DNA of 32,000 nt, taken from the NCBI GenBank assembly GCA_040096245.1, contig JBBMFB010000009.1, positions 1 to 32,000 on the forward strand. Reading direction: 5' to 3'. The notes beneath the pieces were generated by a model. The model was not told where the DNA came from. It searched no databases and worked only from the letters and a program-made list of their open reading frames with translations. The translations under genes were made by a program, and so were the position numbers. Within the stretch, counting starts at the first letter, position 1. Each line of letters starts with the position of its first letter. Source of the DNA: Waltera hominis. GTDB lineage: Bacteria > Bacillota > Clostridia > Lachnospirales > Lachnospiraceae. Below, piece after piece: positions 14,936 to 22,850 of this stretch.

Positions 14936-16297
14936 TTATCCGACGCTGATCTCTTCTGTCGGGTTCTTCACAATATTTTTGTTCTTTTTCTGCGTGCTGA
15001 ATGCCACTACCAGCGATATGGGGCCGACTCTTCCCAGATACATGGTCACGATAATAATCAGTTTTCCCCAAAGATTCAGCATGGAAGTCAGGTTCCTGCT
15101 TAATCCCACAGTAGCTGTGGCACTCACTGTTTCATACACAATATCTATCACATCCGCATCTGTCACCGCAGATAAAAAAATCGCGGACAGCGATGCAATG
15201 ATAAAAAACATACCTACAACTGCTACCGATTTATTCACTGCCTGCTTCGGAATATTTCTCCCAAACAGCTCTGCATCCTCCTTACTACCTATGGTGGCAA
15301 ACATAGATACCAGCAGCACTGCGATCGTAACTGTCTTCATTCCTCCTGCGGTTCCCACCGGAGAGCCGCCGATCAGCATCAACAGCACCGAAATGATCGC
15401 AGAGGTATTGGTCAGATCCTCTTGTGGAATCGTGGCAAAACCTGCGGTTCGCGTAGTTACTGCCTGGAACAGGGATGCCCAGATCCGCTGCGGTACCGTA
15501 TAATCCTGCATCGTCAGAGGATTATTGTATTCAAAAATATAAAATGCCGCCGCTCCCACTACAATAAGTATTCCTGTCACCGTGAGTGCTATTTTACTGT
15601 GAAGCGTCAGCAGTCGGAAACATTTCAGCTTCTGGCTCCGGATATTTTTCAAAACCCGCAGTACATCCCACCAGACGATATAACCTAAACCACCCAATAT
15701 GATCAGTAGCATCGTGACCAGATTGACCATTGGCTGGAATACATAGCCGCACAGACTGTCTTCCGCCATAATATCCATTCCTGCATTGCAGAAGGCAGAT
15801 ACGGCATTAAAAATCGAAATCCATATGCCTCTGAGTCCGTATTCCGGCACAAAGACTGTCATATACAAAAGAGCGCCGCATCCCTCCACCACCAGAGTAC
15901 CTATGAGGACCTTGCGGAGAAATCTCACGATTCCGGAGATATTATTCAGATTAAACACATCCTGCAGCATCCACCGGTTACCCAGTCCCAGTCGTCTGTG
16001 CAGTCCCATCATCACACCGTACATGACCGTAATGACTCCCAGACCTCCCAACTGGATCAGAAACAGGATCACGATCTGTCCCCAGACGCTCCAGGTGGAA
16101 TATGTGGGAACCGTCACCAGACCGGTCACACAGATGGATGTGGTGGCTGTAAATAAAGCATCTATATAAGGAACCGCTTCTCCGGTGGCTGAACTGATGG
16201 GTAATGCCAGCAGGAAGCTTCCCACTAATATGGCACACAGAAAACTAAGCATGATCTTCTGTGTCGTAGACAACTGTATTATTTTTTTACTGTTCAT
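14936..16297 (-). CDS. trkH: TrkH/KtrB-family K+ transporter membrane subunit, ~453 aa
   Basis: Repeated M1-P-M2 units with pore-loop glycine motifs (TSICVTGL, SAFCNAGM, TRTAGF, TATVGLS). The start is moved to ATG 16297, which has GGAG 6 nt upstream; the ATG at 16309 has no correctly spaced RBS. Confidence 0.85.
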   Translation of the reverse strand: MNSKKIIQLSTTQKIMLSFLCAILVGSFLLALPISSATGEAVPYIDALFTATTSICVTGLVTVPTYSTWSVWGQIVILFLIQLGGLGVITVMYGVMMGLHRRLGLGNRWMLQDVFNLNNISGIVRFLRKVLIGTLVVEGCGALLYMTVFVPEYGLRGIWISIFNAVSAFCNAGMDIMAEDSLCGYVFQPMVNLVTMLLIILGGLGYIVWWDVLRVLKNIRSQKLKCFRLLTLHSKIALTVTGILIVVGAAAFYIFEYNNPLTMQDYTVPQRIWASLFQAVTTRTAGFATIPQEDLTNTSAIISVLLMLIGGSPVGTAGGMKTVTIAVLLVSMFATIGSKEDAELFGRNIPKQAVNKSVAVVGMFFIIASLSAIFLSAVTDADVIDIVYETVSATATVGLSRNLTSMLNLWGKLIIIVTMYLGRVGPISLVVAFSTQKKNKNIVKNPTEEISVG

Positions 16298-16327
16298 AAC
16301 ACACTCCATTCCACCGGCGCTTTATCG

Positions 16328-16336
16328 ATTATAACA
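16328..16336 (-). promoter_or_regulatory. Extended -10 promoter element (TGTTATAAT) for trkH-trkA
   Basis: The minus strand reads tgTGTTATAAT ~30 nt upstream of the trkH ATG, directly after the upstream terminator. The -35 is poor. Confidence 0.45.
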
Positions 16337-16343
16337 CACTTTT

Positions 16344-16398
16344 AGATAAAAAACTCCTATTGGAGACAGTTTGTTGCTGTATCCATCATAGGAGTTTT
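16344..16398 (-). terminator. Rho-independent terminator downstream of the response regulator gene
   Basis: On the minus strand, aaaactcctat...ataggagtttt (11-bp stem) followed by TTTTTT. Confidence 0.75.
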
Positions 16399-16420
16399 CT
16401 TTTGATCTTATTTTCTTCCC

Positions 16421-17113
16421 TTATACCTTAAAGCGATATCCAACACCCCAGATGGTCTCGATATATTGAGGCTTTGCAGTATCCTTTTCAATCTTTTCAC
16501 GGATCTTCTTGATGTGCACGGTAACGGTGGCAATATCACCGATAGAATCCATATCCCAGATCTCACGGAACAATTCTTCCTTGGTAAATACATGGTTCGG
16601 ATGCTCCGCCAGAAACGTCAGCAGATCAAACTCTTTGGTCGTAAACGTCTTCTCCACCCCGTCCACATAGACACGTCTGGCAGTCTTATCAATACGGATA
16701 CCACGGATCTCCACGATATCATTCTGCTGCTTCTGGTTGGTTCCCACCAGTCTCTCATAACGGGCCATGTGCGCCTTCACGCGGGCTACCAGTTCACTGG
16801 GGCTGAAAGGTTTGGTCATATAGTCATCCGCACCCAACCCTAAGCCGCGGATCTTATCAATGTCGTCCTTCTTCGCAGATACCATGAGAATAGGAATATT
16901 TTTCTCCTCCCGGATCTTCTTACATACTTCGAAGCCGTCCATGCCGGGCAGCATCAGGTCCAGAATGATCAGATCATAATCGCCTGCCAGAGCGGTCTTC
17001 AGTCCCTCATCTCCGGTATTGCAGATATCTACCTTGAAATCACTAAGCTCCAGATAATCCTTCTCAAGATCTGCAATTGCTACTTCATCTTCAATAATTA
17101 AAATCTTGCTCAT
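16421..17113 (-). CDS. OmpR/PhoB-family response regulator, 230 aa
   Basis: Receiver domain (IIEDE, DLIILDLMLPGMDG, SAKK) plus winged-helix output (TVHIKKIREKIE...IETIWGVGYRF). Confidence 0.9.
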   Translation of the reverse strand: MSKILIIEDEVAIADLEKDYLELSDFKVDICNTGDEGLKTALAGDYDLIILDLMLPGMDGFEVCKKIREEKNIPILMVSAKKDDIDKIRGLGLGADDYMTKPFSPSELVARVKAHMARYERLVGTNQKQQNDIVEIRGIRIDKTARRVYVDGVEKTFTTKEFDLLTFLAEHPNHVFTKEELFREIWDMDSIGDIATVTVHIKKIREKIEKDTAKPQYIETIWGVGYRFKV

Positions 17114-17173
17114 TATTTATCCTCCATTTACAGAAAGTCCTTGCATCATCAGTTATCATGCTATTTCTGTTTC

Positions 17174-17206
17174 ATTCCTTATTGATTCCTTATTGATTCC
17201 TTATTC
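17174..17206. repeat. Three tandem 11-bp direct repeats between the kinase stop and the regulator start
   Basis: The plus strand reads attccttattg / attccttattg / attccttattc. The minus strand reads AATAAGGAATC x3. It begins 2 nt after the kinase stop codon. Confidence 0.8.
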
Positions 17207-17207
17207 A

Positions 17208-18695
17208 TTACTTGGTTCCACCCGGCTGCAGTTCAATGTATTTTCTCAGGACAAAATGCATACAGGTGCCTTCTCCTTCTTTGGCTGTTGCCCATACATA
17301 ACCGCCGTGATCCTCGATGATCTTCTTCACAATAGAAAGTCCGATGCCGCTGCCGCCCTGGGCGGAATTGCGGGAAGCATCCGTGCGGTAGAACCGCTCG
17401 AAGATCTTCTGCAGATCCTTCTGCGCGATTCCCTTGCCGTTGTCCTCGATCTCTACCCGGATAGCATCCACTTCGTCGAGAATACGGATATCAATGTGCC
17501 CATTCGGCTTGTCCATATATTTTACGCTGTTACTGATAATATTATTGATGACCTTCTTCATCTGTTCCGGATCCGCGATGACAACTGTGTCAGGAGATAC
17601 CAGATTCGAATAGTTCAGCTTGATACCCCGCTGCTCCAGATCCAGTCCGACTTCTTCCACACAGTCGCCGAAATAATCCGCCACGTTGATCCGATGGAAA
17701 TTGTACGGGATCCGGTTATTATCAATTCCGGAATAAGTGGTCAGCTCGTTGATCAGACGATCCATATCAATGGCTTTATTGTAGATGGTCTTGATGTATT
17801 TATCCATCTTCTCCGGCGTATCTGCCACACCGTCCATGATTCCTTCCACATAACCCTTAATGGCTGTGATAGGGGTCTTCAGATCATGGGAAATATTGCT
17901 GACCAGCTCTTTGTTCTGCTTCTCATGCTGGGTGTTCTCTTCCGTGGATTCCTTCAGCCGTAAACGCATGTCCTCATAATTGCGGTAGAGATCACCGATC
18001 TCACCCTTGGCATCTGTCTCCAGAACATAATCAAAGTTGCCTTCCTTGATCTTGCGCATTGCCACGTTCAATTCATTGATGGGTTCAAATACGCCCTTAT
18101 GGATCCACTGGGTCAGCATCAGGCTGGTGAAGATCAGGATCACAATAATAGCCACGAACATGTCGATCAGCAGATGTCTCGAGATCAGCGAATTGACCTT
18201 CGTGACGATAAATACGCTGCCCGGTGTTCCATCCCGGAAAGTGAAATCAATCTGTTTTACATACTTCTCCAGTTCATTGTAGAAATATCCACTGTCATCC
18301 GACAGATTCTCGTCACCATAGGCAGGCAGTTTTTCAAAAATCTGCTGTGCGGCTTCTTCATTGCCGGCATAATACAGCTTATCACCTTTTCTTACAATAA
18401 TGTAAGTAGACTTCCGCGATACCTCCTCATTGATATGATCCAGATATTCTTTATCTTCCAGCCTGCTGCTGTCTTCCCTCGCCTGGTCCAGCAGCACATA
18501 ATACGCCTGATCCGTGGTATTGGTGAATTCCCTGAAATTCTCCGACATCATGGAATAATCAATATCCGTCAGACTGAGACCCTGAGAAAAATTCATCAGG
18601 TAAATAGCAATCATCACGAACGCCATGATCGTCAGCAACAACGGAAGTAATATAATACTTATAAATGTTACACGAAGTCTGGTTTTAAATTTCAT
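17208..18695 (-). CDS. Sensor histidine kinase (2 TM, extracytoplasmic domain, HAMP, HisKA, HATPase_c), ~495 aa
   Basis: H-box SHDLKTPITAIKGY, N-box NNIISNSVKY, DNGKGI, GGSGIGLSIV. The start is set at MKFKTRL (18695). The longer track ORF (18782) has no RBS and begins ~20 nt from the predicted TSS; -10 TATAAT at 18813-18808 with an upstream TGc. Confidence 0.85.
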   Translation of the reverse strand: MKFKTRLRVTFISIILLPLLLTIMAFVMIAIYLMNFSQGLSLTDIDYSMMSENFREFTNTTDQAYYVLLDQAREDSSRLEDKEYLDHINEEVSRKSTYIIVRKGDKLYYAGNEEAAQQIFEKLPAYGDENLSDDSGYFYNELEKYVKQIDFTFRDGTPGSVFIVTKVNSLISRHLLIDMFVAIIVILIFTSLMLTQWIHKGVFEPINELNVAMRKIKEGNFDYVLETDAKGEIGDLYRNYEDMRLRLKESTEENTQHEKQNKELVSNISHDLKTPITAIKGYVEGIMDGVADTPEKMDKYIKTIYNKAIDMDRLINELTTYSGIDNNRIPYNFHRINVADYFGDCVEEVGLDLEQRGIKLNYSNLVSPDTVVIADPEQMKKVINNIISNSVKYMDKPNGHIDIRILDEVDAIRVEIEDNGKGIAQKDLQKIFERFYRTDASRNSAQGGSGIGLSIVKKIIEDHGGYVWATAKEGEGTCMHFVLRKYIELQPGGTK

Positions 18696-18892
18696 ATTAC
18701 TCTTGCCTTTCAGCAACCTGCAAACTTTCCGTGACTTTAGTGCTGTATATTTCTGTACACTGTGTAACACAAGTTTGCGCATGTTAATTTATACTTTACT
18801 TTCGCTCATTATAGCATGATTCCCACCTCCTGTGTATAAAGGAAGCAAGAATATCATTAAAAAAATATAAACAAAATTTTTTCATTTTTCTG

Positions 18893-18920
18893 TTGACATT
18901 ATTCTCGCATCATGTATAAT
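18893..18920 (+). promoter_or_regulatory. Sigma-70-type promoter upstream of the perR-like gene
   Basis: TTGACA (18893-18898), a 16-nt spacer, then TATAAT (18915-18920). Followed by AT-rich dyads ATAAGCTTAT and TAATCAT-A-ACTATTA (18938-18952), candidate Fur-family boxes. Confidence 0.55.
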
Positions 18921-18970
18921 AAGCTTATAAGAAACAGTAATCATAACTATTATCGAGAAAGGAGCTTATC

Positions 18971-19366
18971 ATGGCACTGAAACGAAGCAGACAACGGGAA
19001 ATGATCAAATCCTTTCTCATGGGACGCAAGGATCATCCTACCGCTGATGTGATCTATTCTAATCTGAAGCAGCAGGATCCGAACTTAAGTCTCGGTACCG
19101 TCTACCGTAATTTGACACTTTTGTCAGACATGGGAGAAATCTTACGACTCCGGGTCGGTGACGGTGTTGACCATTTTGATGCCGATACTTCCGAACATTA
19201 TCATTTCGTGTGTACGGAATGCGGAAGCGTTATTGATCTGGACATGGATAGTATTGATTCCATCATGGAGACAGCCGGAGATAGATTTGACGGCCGGATC
19301 CGGGGACATGTCACTTATTTCTACGGCTCTTGTCCCGCCTGTACCAGGGTTGCTACGGAGTCCTAG
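18971..19366 (+). CDS. perR: Fur-family peroxide-type regulator (PerR-like), 131 aa
   Basis: RQREMI..FL......HPTADVIYSNL......LSLGTVYRNL, then HYHFVCTECG and CPAC Zn sites. It lies directly upstream of a rubrerythrin gene, as in clostridial PerR regulons. Confidence 0.7.
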   Translation: MALKRSRQREMIKSFLMGRKDHPTADVIYSNLKQQDPNLSLGTVYRNLTLLSDMGEILRLRVGDGVDHFDADTSEHYHFVCTECGSVIDLDMDSIDSIMETAGDRFDGRIRGHVTYFYGSCPACTRVATES

Positions 19367-19477
19367 TTTTCTGAATGAAAACAGACTTCGTTCCATAATA
19401 TATTTGTGCTGATAAGGCACACGCAAAAAGAGAAAACTAAAAACAAAACATTTCATTAGAGAAAAGGAGAAAAAATT

Positions 19478-20020
19478 ATGGCAAAGTATGTATGTCAGGT
19501 ATGTGGTTATGTTTATGAAGGTGATGCGGCTCCCGCAGAGTGCCCCATCTGTCACGCTCCCGCTTCCAAGTTCACCAAGCAGGAGGAAGGCAAGACCTGG
19601 GCTGCTGAGCATGTAGTAGGTGTAGCAAAGGGTGCTCCCGAGGATATCATTGCTGATCTGCGTGCGAACTTCCAGGGTGAATGCTCTGAGGTTGGTATGT
19701 ATCTGGCGATGGCAAGAGTTGCTCACAGAGAAGGTTATCCCGAGATCGGTCTGTACTGGGAGAAGGCTGCTTACGAAGAAGCTGAGCACGCTGCAAAATT
19801 CGCTGAGCTGTTAGGTGAAGTCGTAACAGATTCCACCAAGAAGAATCTGGAGATGAGAGTAGATGCCGAGAACGGCGCTACCGCAGGTAAGTTTGATCTG
19901 GCTAAGAGAGCGAAGGCTCTGAACCTGGATGCAATCCATGATACCGTTCATGAGATGGCTCGTGATGAGGCAAGACATGGCAAGGCATTTGAGGGTCTGT
20001 TAAAGAGATACTTTGGCTAA
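19478..20020 (+). CDS. rbr: Reverse rubrerythrin (N-terminal rubredoxin-like domain plus C-terminal ferritin-like diiron domain), 180 aa
   Basis: [12 protein letters not shown]...CPICHAP (CxxC...CxxC) at the N-terminus, then E..xxH diiron motifs ([18 protein letters not shown]). Confidence 0.85.
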   Translation: MAKYVCQVCGYVYEGDAAPAECPICHAPASKFTKQEEGKTWAAEHVVGVAKGAPEDIIADLRANFQGECSEVGMYLAMARVAHREGYPEIGLYWEKAAYEEAEHAAKFAELLGEVVTDSTKKNLEMRVDAENGATAGKFDLAKRAKALNLDAIHDTVHEMARDEARHGKAFEGLLKRYFG

Positions 20021-20045
20021 GCTACAAGCCATGTAAGGATAAAAT

Positions 20046-20094
20046 AAAAAGTCACTGGGAGGACATTTATGTACTTCCAGTGACTTTTTATTTT
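20046..20094. terminator. Bidirectional rho-independent terminator
   Basis: aaaaaGTCACTGG...CCAGTGACttttta. 8-bp GC-containing stem extended by A/T runs on both sides. Confidence 0.75.
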
Positions 20095-20183
20095 AGATTT
20101 ATACGGCGACAGCCGTCCATGAGCAAATCACGCAGTGACTGCGAATGGGTTGCATGGCGCCAGCCTTAGGAGCGCGCCGGCCC

Positions 20184-21035
20184 TTATACGGTTCCGGAGA
20201 TCACCAGCGTGCTGACGCCGGGGTTGATCCCCCACGCTCCTGTAACGGGATCCTGGGTGTAAGTCGCTGCGGGTACGGTAATACCTCCTGCAGTTCCGGT
20301 AAATAATCCGGTAGTCGTATCATACGTATAGTTTGTTCCCTCTGCCCATGCAGTTCCATTAAAATTCACAGACAGATTCTCCAATACAGGATTAAAGGTA
20401 TCCGTGATCACGACACCGGTAGCTGCATCTGCTGCCGTATTCCCCAGATTCTGTATCAGGAACGTATACGTCAATGTTCCATTCTCTGTCACGGGTACGG
20501 GACTGACGGACTTTGTGATCGTAAGAAGCGGCCCGCTTACCGCATTTACTGTCTCGCTTACAGTAACAGGGGTGACCCCTGCCCCGGCAATCGTCGCCGT
20601 ATTCGTAATGGAAGCCTCTGCTGCCAGCGGTGCATAAGAGTTCACCTCAGCCTCATAGGTAAGTGTCACATTACCTCCCGCAGGCACGGTAATTCCCGTG
20701 ATTGTCAGAGGAGGGCCTGCCGTTACAGCCGGTGTTGCCTGTAAAATTCCGTTTGCATAGTATTTTACGGTCCCCGGAATATACGTCAGAGGTGTCAGTT
20801 CTCTGGTATTAAACAAATACTCTCCCAGATTATCCGTTACTGTAATTCCATTAAATGCTGTAGTGCCTGAGTTCACAATGCTGATCACATACGTCACATT
20901 TTCATTCTGCCCGTAGGTATCCCGCACTGCTGTCTTGGTTGCAGACAATACCTCCGTGATCTCACCCACTGCTATATTGGAGTTTGTAATCTCATTTCCA
21001 TAGCGAAGCTGTGCCTGATTTGTAAATCTAGCCAT
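20184..21035 (-). CDS. DUF11 ('conserved repeat domain') beta-sandwich repeat protein with no signal peptide, 283 aa
   Basis: Two DUF11-like units (ENVTYVISIVNSGTTAFNGITVTDNLG; GTLTYTFLIQNLGNTAADAATGVVITDTFNP), each followed by a ...GGNVTLTYEAEV-type strand. T/G/N/V-rich, no Cys, no N-terminal hydrophobic leader, no LPXTG. Confidence 0.6.
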   Translation of the reverse strand: MARFTNQAQLRYGNEITNSNIAVGEITEVLSATKTAVRDTYGQNENVTYVISIVNSGTTAFNGITVTDNLGEYLFNTRELTPLTYIPGTVKYYANGILQATPAVTAGPPLTITGITVPAGGNVTLTYEAEVNSYAPLAAEASITNTATIAGAGVTPVTVSETVNAVSGPLLTITKSVSPVPVTENGTLTYTFLIQNLGNTAADAATGVVITDTFNPVLENLSVNFNGTAWAEGTNYTYDTTTGLFTGTAGGITVPAATYTQDPVTGAWGINPGVSTLVISGTV

Positions 21036-21072
21036 ATATTTTTGTATCCTTTCATTGTATTTGGATTTACTA

Positions 21073-21102
21073 TAATATATGACTGTTTTTAAGAAAGTTG
21101 AC
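21073..21102 (-). promoter_or_regulatory. Possible mother-cell sigma (SigK-like) promoter upstream of the DUF11 gene
   Basis: The minus strand reads gtcaAC, 15 nt, then CATAtatTA (21081-21073), ~30 nt before the ATG. This resembles the B. subtilis SigK consensus AC...CATA---TA, but the spacing is 1-2 nt short. Confidence 0.25.
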
Positions 21103-21122
21103 GGATTCTGTCACCGCATTTC

Positions 21123-21151
21123 TTGACTTTCCTCTTCCACCTCCGTATGAT
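21123..21151 (+). promoter_or_regulatory. Sigma-70-type promoter of the K+ channel gene
   Basis: TTGACT (21123-21128), a 17-nt spacer, then TATGAT (21146-21151). Confidence 0.5.
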
Positions 21152-21202
21152 GGAATCACAAGCATTCACTTGCGCTGCCCCGGAAAACAATGAGGATTCA
21201 AC

Positions 21203-22141
21203 ATGAAGAAAAAAGTATTTAACATCATCCAGATCGGCGACAAAAGTAACCGTCTAAGCCGGCTCTTTGATATTTTTATTGCTATCGTTATCTGTGCAAA
21301 TATTCTGGTGACTTTTCTGCAAACCTTTGATGAGCTTGCTTTTTTATTTCCGGTATTTCATGTGGTCGAGGTTCTCACTATTCTGATCTTCTGTGTGGAA
21401 TATGTTCTGCGGATCTGGACTGCGGACTATCTATATCCTGATAAAAACGAGTTCCGCTCCCGGCTGCGGTTTCTGATCTCCTTCGACGGCATTATCGACC
21501 TGCTGACAATTTTACCCTTTTTCTTCCTGTCCGGTATGGTCATCTTCCGGATGCTGCGGGTGGCAAGGATCTTCCATCTGTTCCGCCTGAATGCCCGATA
21601 TGATTCTTTCAATGTCATCACTACGGTATTGTATGAAAAACGCAATCAGATCATTTCCTCCGTATTTATCGTCCTGATCCTGATGCTCGCCAGCAGTCTG
21701 TGCATGTACAGCGTGGAGCATGATTCCCAGCCGGAAGTATTCCGCAATGCTTTCAGTGGCATCTGGTGGAGTATGTCAACGCTGCTCACCGTAGGCTACG
21801 GAGACATCTATCCCATCACCACGCTTGGCCGGATCATGGCGATCTGTATTGCCTATCTCGGTGTCGGTGCCGTGGCTATCCCCACCGGTATCATCAGTGC
21901 CGGCTTCGTGGAACAGTACCAGCGCAAAAGCAGTCTCTCTAATATTAAAGAAGCAGATATTCATGAAATCGCCGAGATATTCGTAGATAAACGTTTCGCC
22001 GGCAAATCCGTGGAAGAAATGGAAGAGGCAGAACAGGTCACGATCTTCCTCATTCTGCGGGAGGATCTATCCATTCTGCCTCAAAAAGATACAATATTAA
22101 AGCTAAATGACATCATTGTCATTCGTGGGGAGAATTCCTAA
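21203..22141 (+). CDS. Voltage-gated-type K+ channel (ion transport domain with TVGYGD filter) fused to a C-terminal RCK_C/TrkA_C domain, 312 aa
   Basis: S4-like FRMLRVARIFHLFRL, pore WWSMSTLLTVGYGDIYP, and a C-terminal ~70-aa TrkA_C-like domain (GKSVEEME...LKLNDIIVIRG). Confidence 0.85.
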   Translation: MKKKVFNIIQIGDKSNRLSRLFDIFIAIVICANILVTFLQTFDELAFLFPVFHVVEVLTILIFCVEYVLRIWTADYLYPDKNEFRSRLRFLISFDGIIDLLTILPFFFLSGMVIFRMLRVARIFHLFRLNARYDSFNVITTVLYEKRNQIISSVFIVLILMLASSLCMYSVEHDSQPEVFRNAFSGIWWSMSTLLTVGYGDIYPITTLGRIMAICIAYLGVGAVAIPTGIISAGFVEQYQRKSSLSNIKEADIHEIAEIFVDKRFAGKSVEEMEEAEQVTIFLILREDLSILPQKDTILKLNDIIVIRGENS

Positions 22142-22779
22142 TTTTCCCCCGTCGCTGCAGTTTCCGTTTCCACAGTCTCCACAGCTTCCGTGGTTTCTGT
22201 TTCAGCAGTCTCCGTTGCTTCGGTACTTTCTGTTTCTTCGGTAGTCTCCTCCACCAGATCATCCAGTGTATAATTGAAACCGGTCACCACGTTGGTGGTC
22301 ACGACATACACTTTCATTTCAGAGGGAAATGCAATGTAATACTGGCTGGTCATGGAATTCAGATTACCGACATTAATGATCACGCTGCGATCTGCAGTCT
22401 CGTACTGAATGGTACGCTCCGGATCTGCCAGTCCATACTGTGACATATCCGTCACATTTTCAATCACCTGCTCTGCCTTTAACGGTGCCACCTTCAGGAT
22501 CATCGCCTTGATACGCTCCTGGTTCAGATTAAGGGAATGATCGTCCGTATAGTACCATGTTTCATCCTTTTTTTCAAAGGCATAGGTCTCTCCCTCATAT
22601 ACATAACTGAAGCTGGTAATATCATCGGAGTTCACATCCAGCACCGTCTCCTGTGTATCCTCGGTGGTGGAAGTCGCAGACGATGCATTTTTATTATACT
22701 GTCGGATGCCCAGGAATGCTGCCGCCAGAACCACCAGTGCCAGCAGCATTCCGATCATCTGTCTTTGTTTCTTTTTCAT
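22138..22779 (-). CDS. DUF4340-like membrane-anchored protein with an acidic Thr/Glu-rich tail, ~213 aa
   Basis: The start is set at MKKKQRQMIGMLLALVVLAAAF (22779, AAAGG RBS). N-terminal TM anchor. It sits downstream of a GldG-like gene, the usual DUF4340 context. C-tail EETTEETESTEATETAETETTEAVETVETETAATGEN. Confidence 0.6.
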   Translation of the reverse strand: MKKKQRQMIGMLLALVVLAAAFLGIRQYNKNASSATSTTEDTQETVLDVNSDDITSFSYVYEGETYAFEKKDETWYYTDDHSLNLNQERIKAMILKVAPLKAEQVIENVTDMSQYGLADPERTIQYETADRSVIINVGNLNSMTSQYYIAFPSEMKVYVVTTNVVTGFNYTLDDLVEETTEETESTEATETAETETTEAVETVETETAATGEN

Positions 22780-22850
22780 AATAACACTCTGACCTTTCTG
22801 TCTTCGTTTTCTGTCCTTATGCTTATTGTCCTGTTTTGCAGCAAGCGTTT

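Noticed and set aside
17106-17963. 285-aa plus-strand ORF antisense to the histidine kinase, and similar ORFs at 18099..18650 and 14979..15503
   Set aside because: These are shadow ORFs opposite genes with unambiguous H-box/N-box or TrkH motifs. They have no RBS and no domain signal.
14254-18695. Idea that the kinase/regulator pair and trkH-trkA form one K+-responsive operon
   Set aside because: A strong terminator (16344-16398) and a separate extended -10 promoter lie between the regulator and trkH. Co-transcription is therefore unlikely, and adjacency alone does not support a regulatory link.
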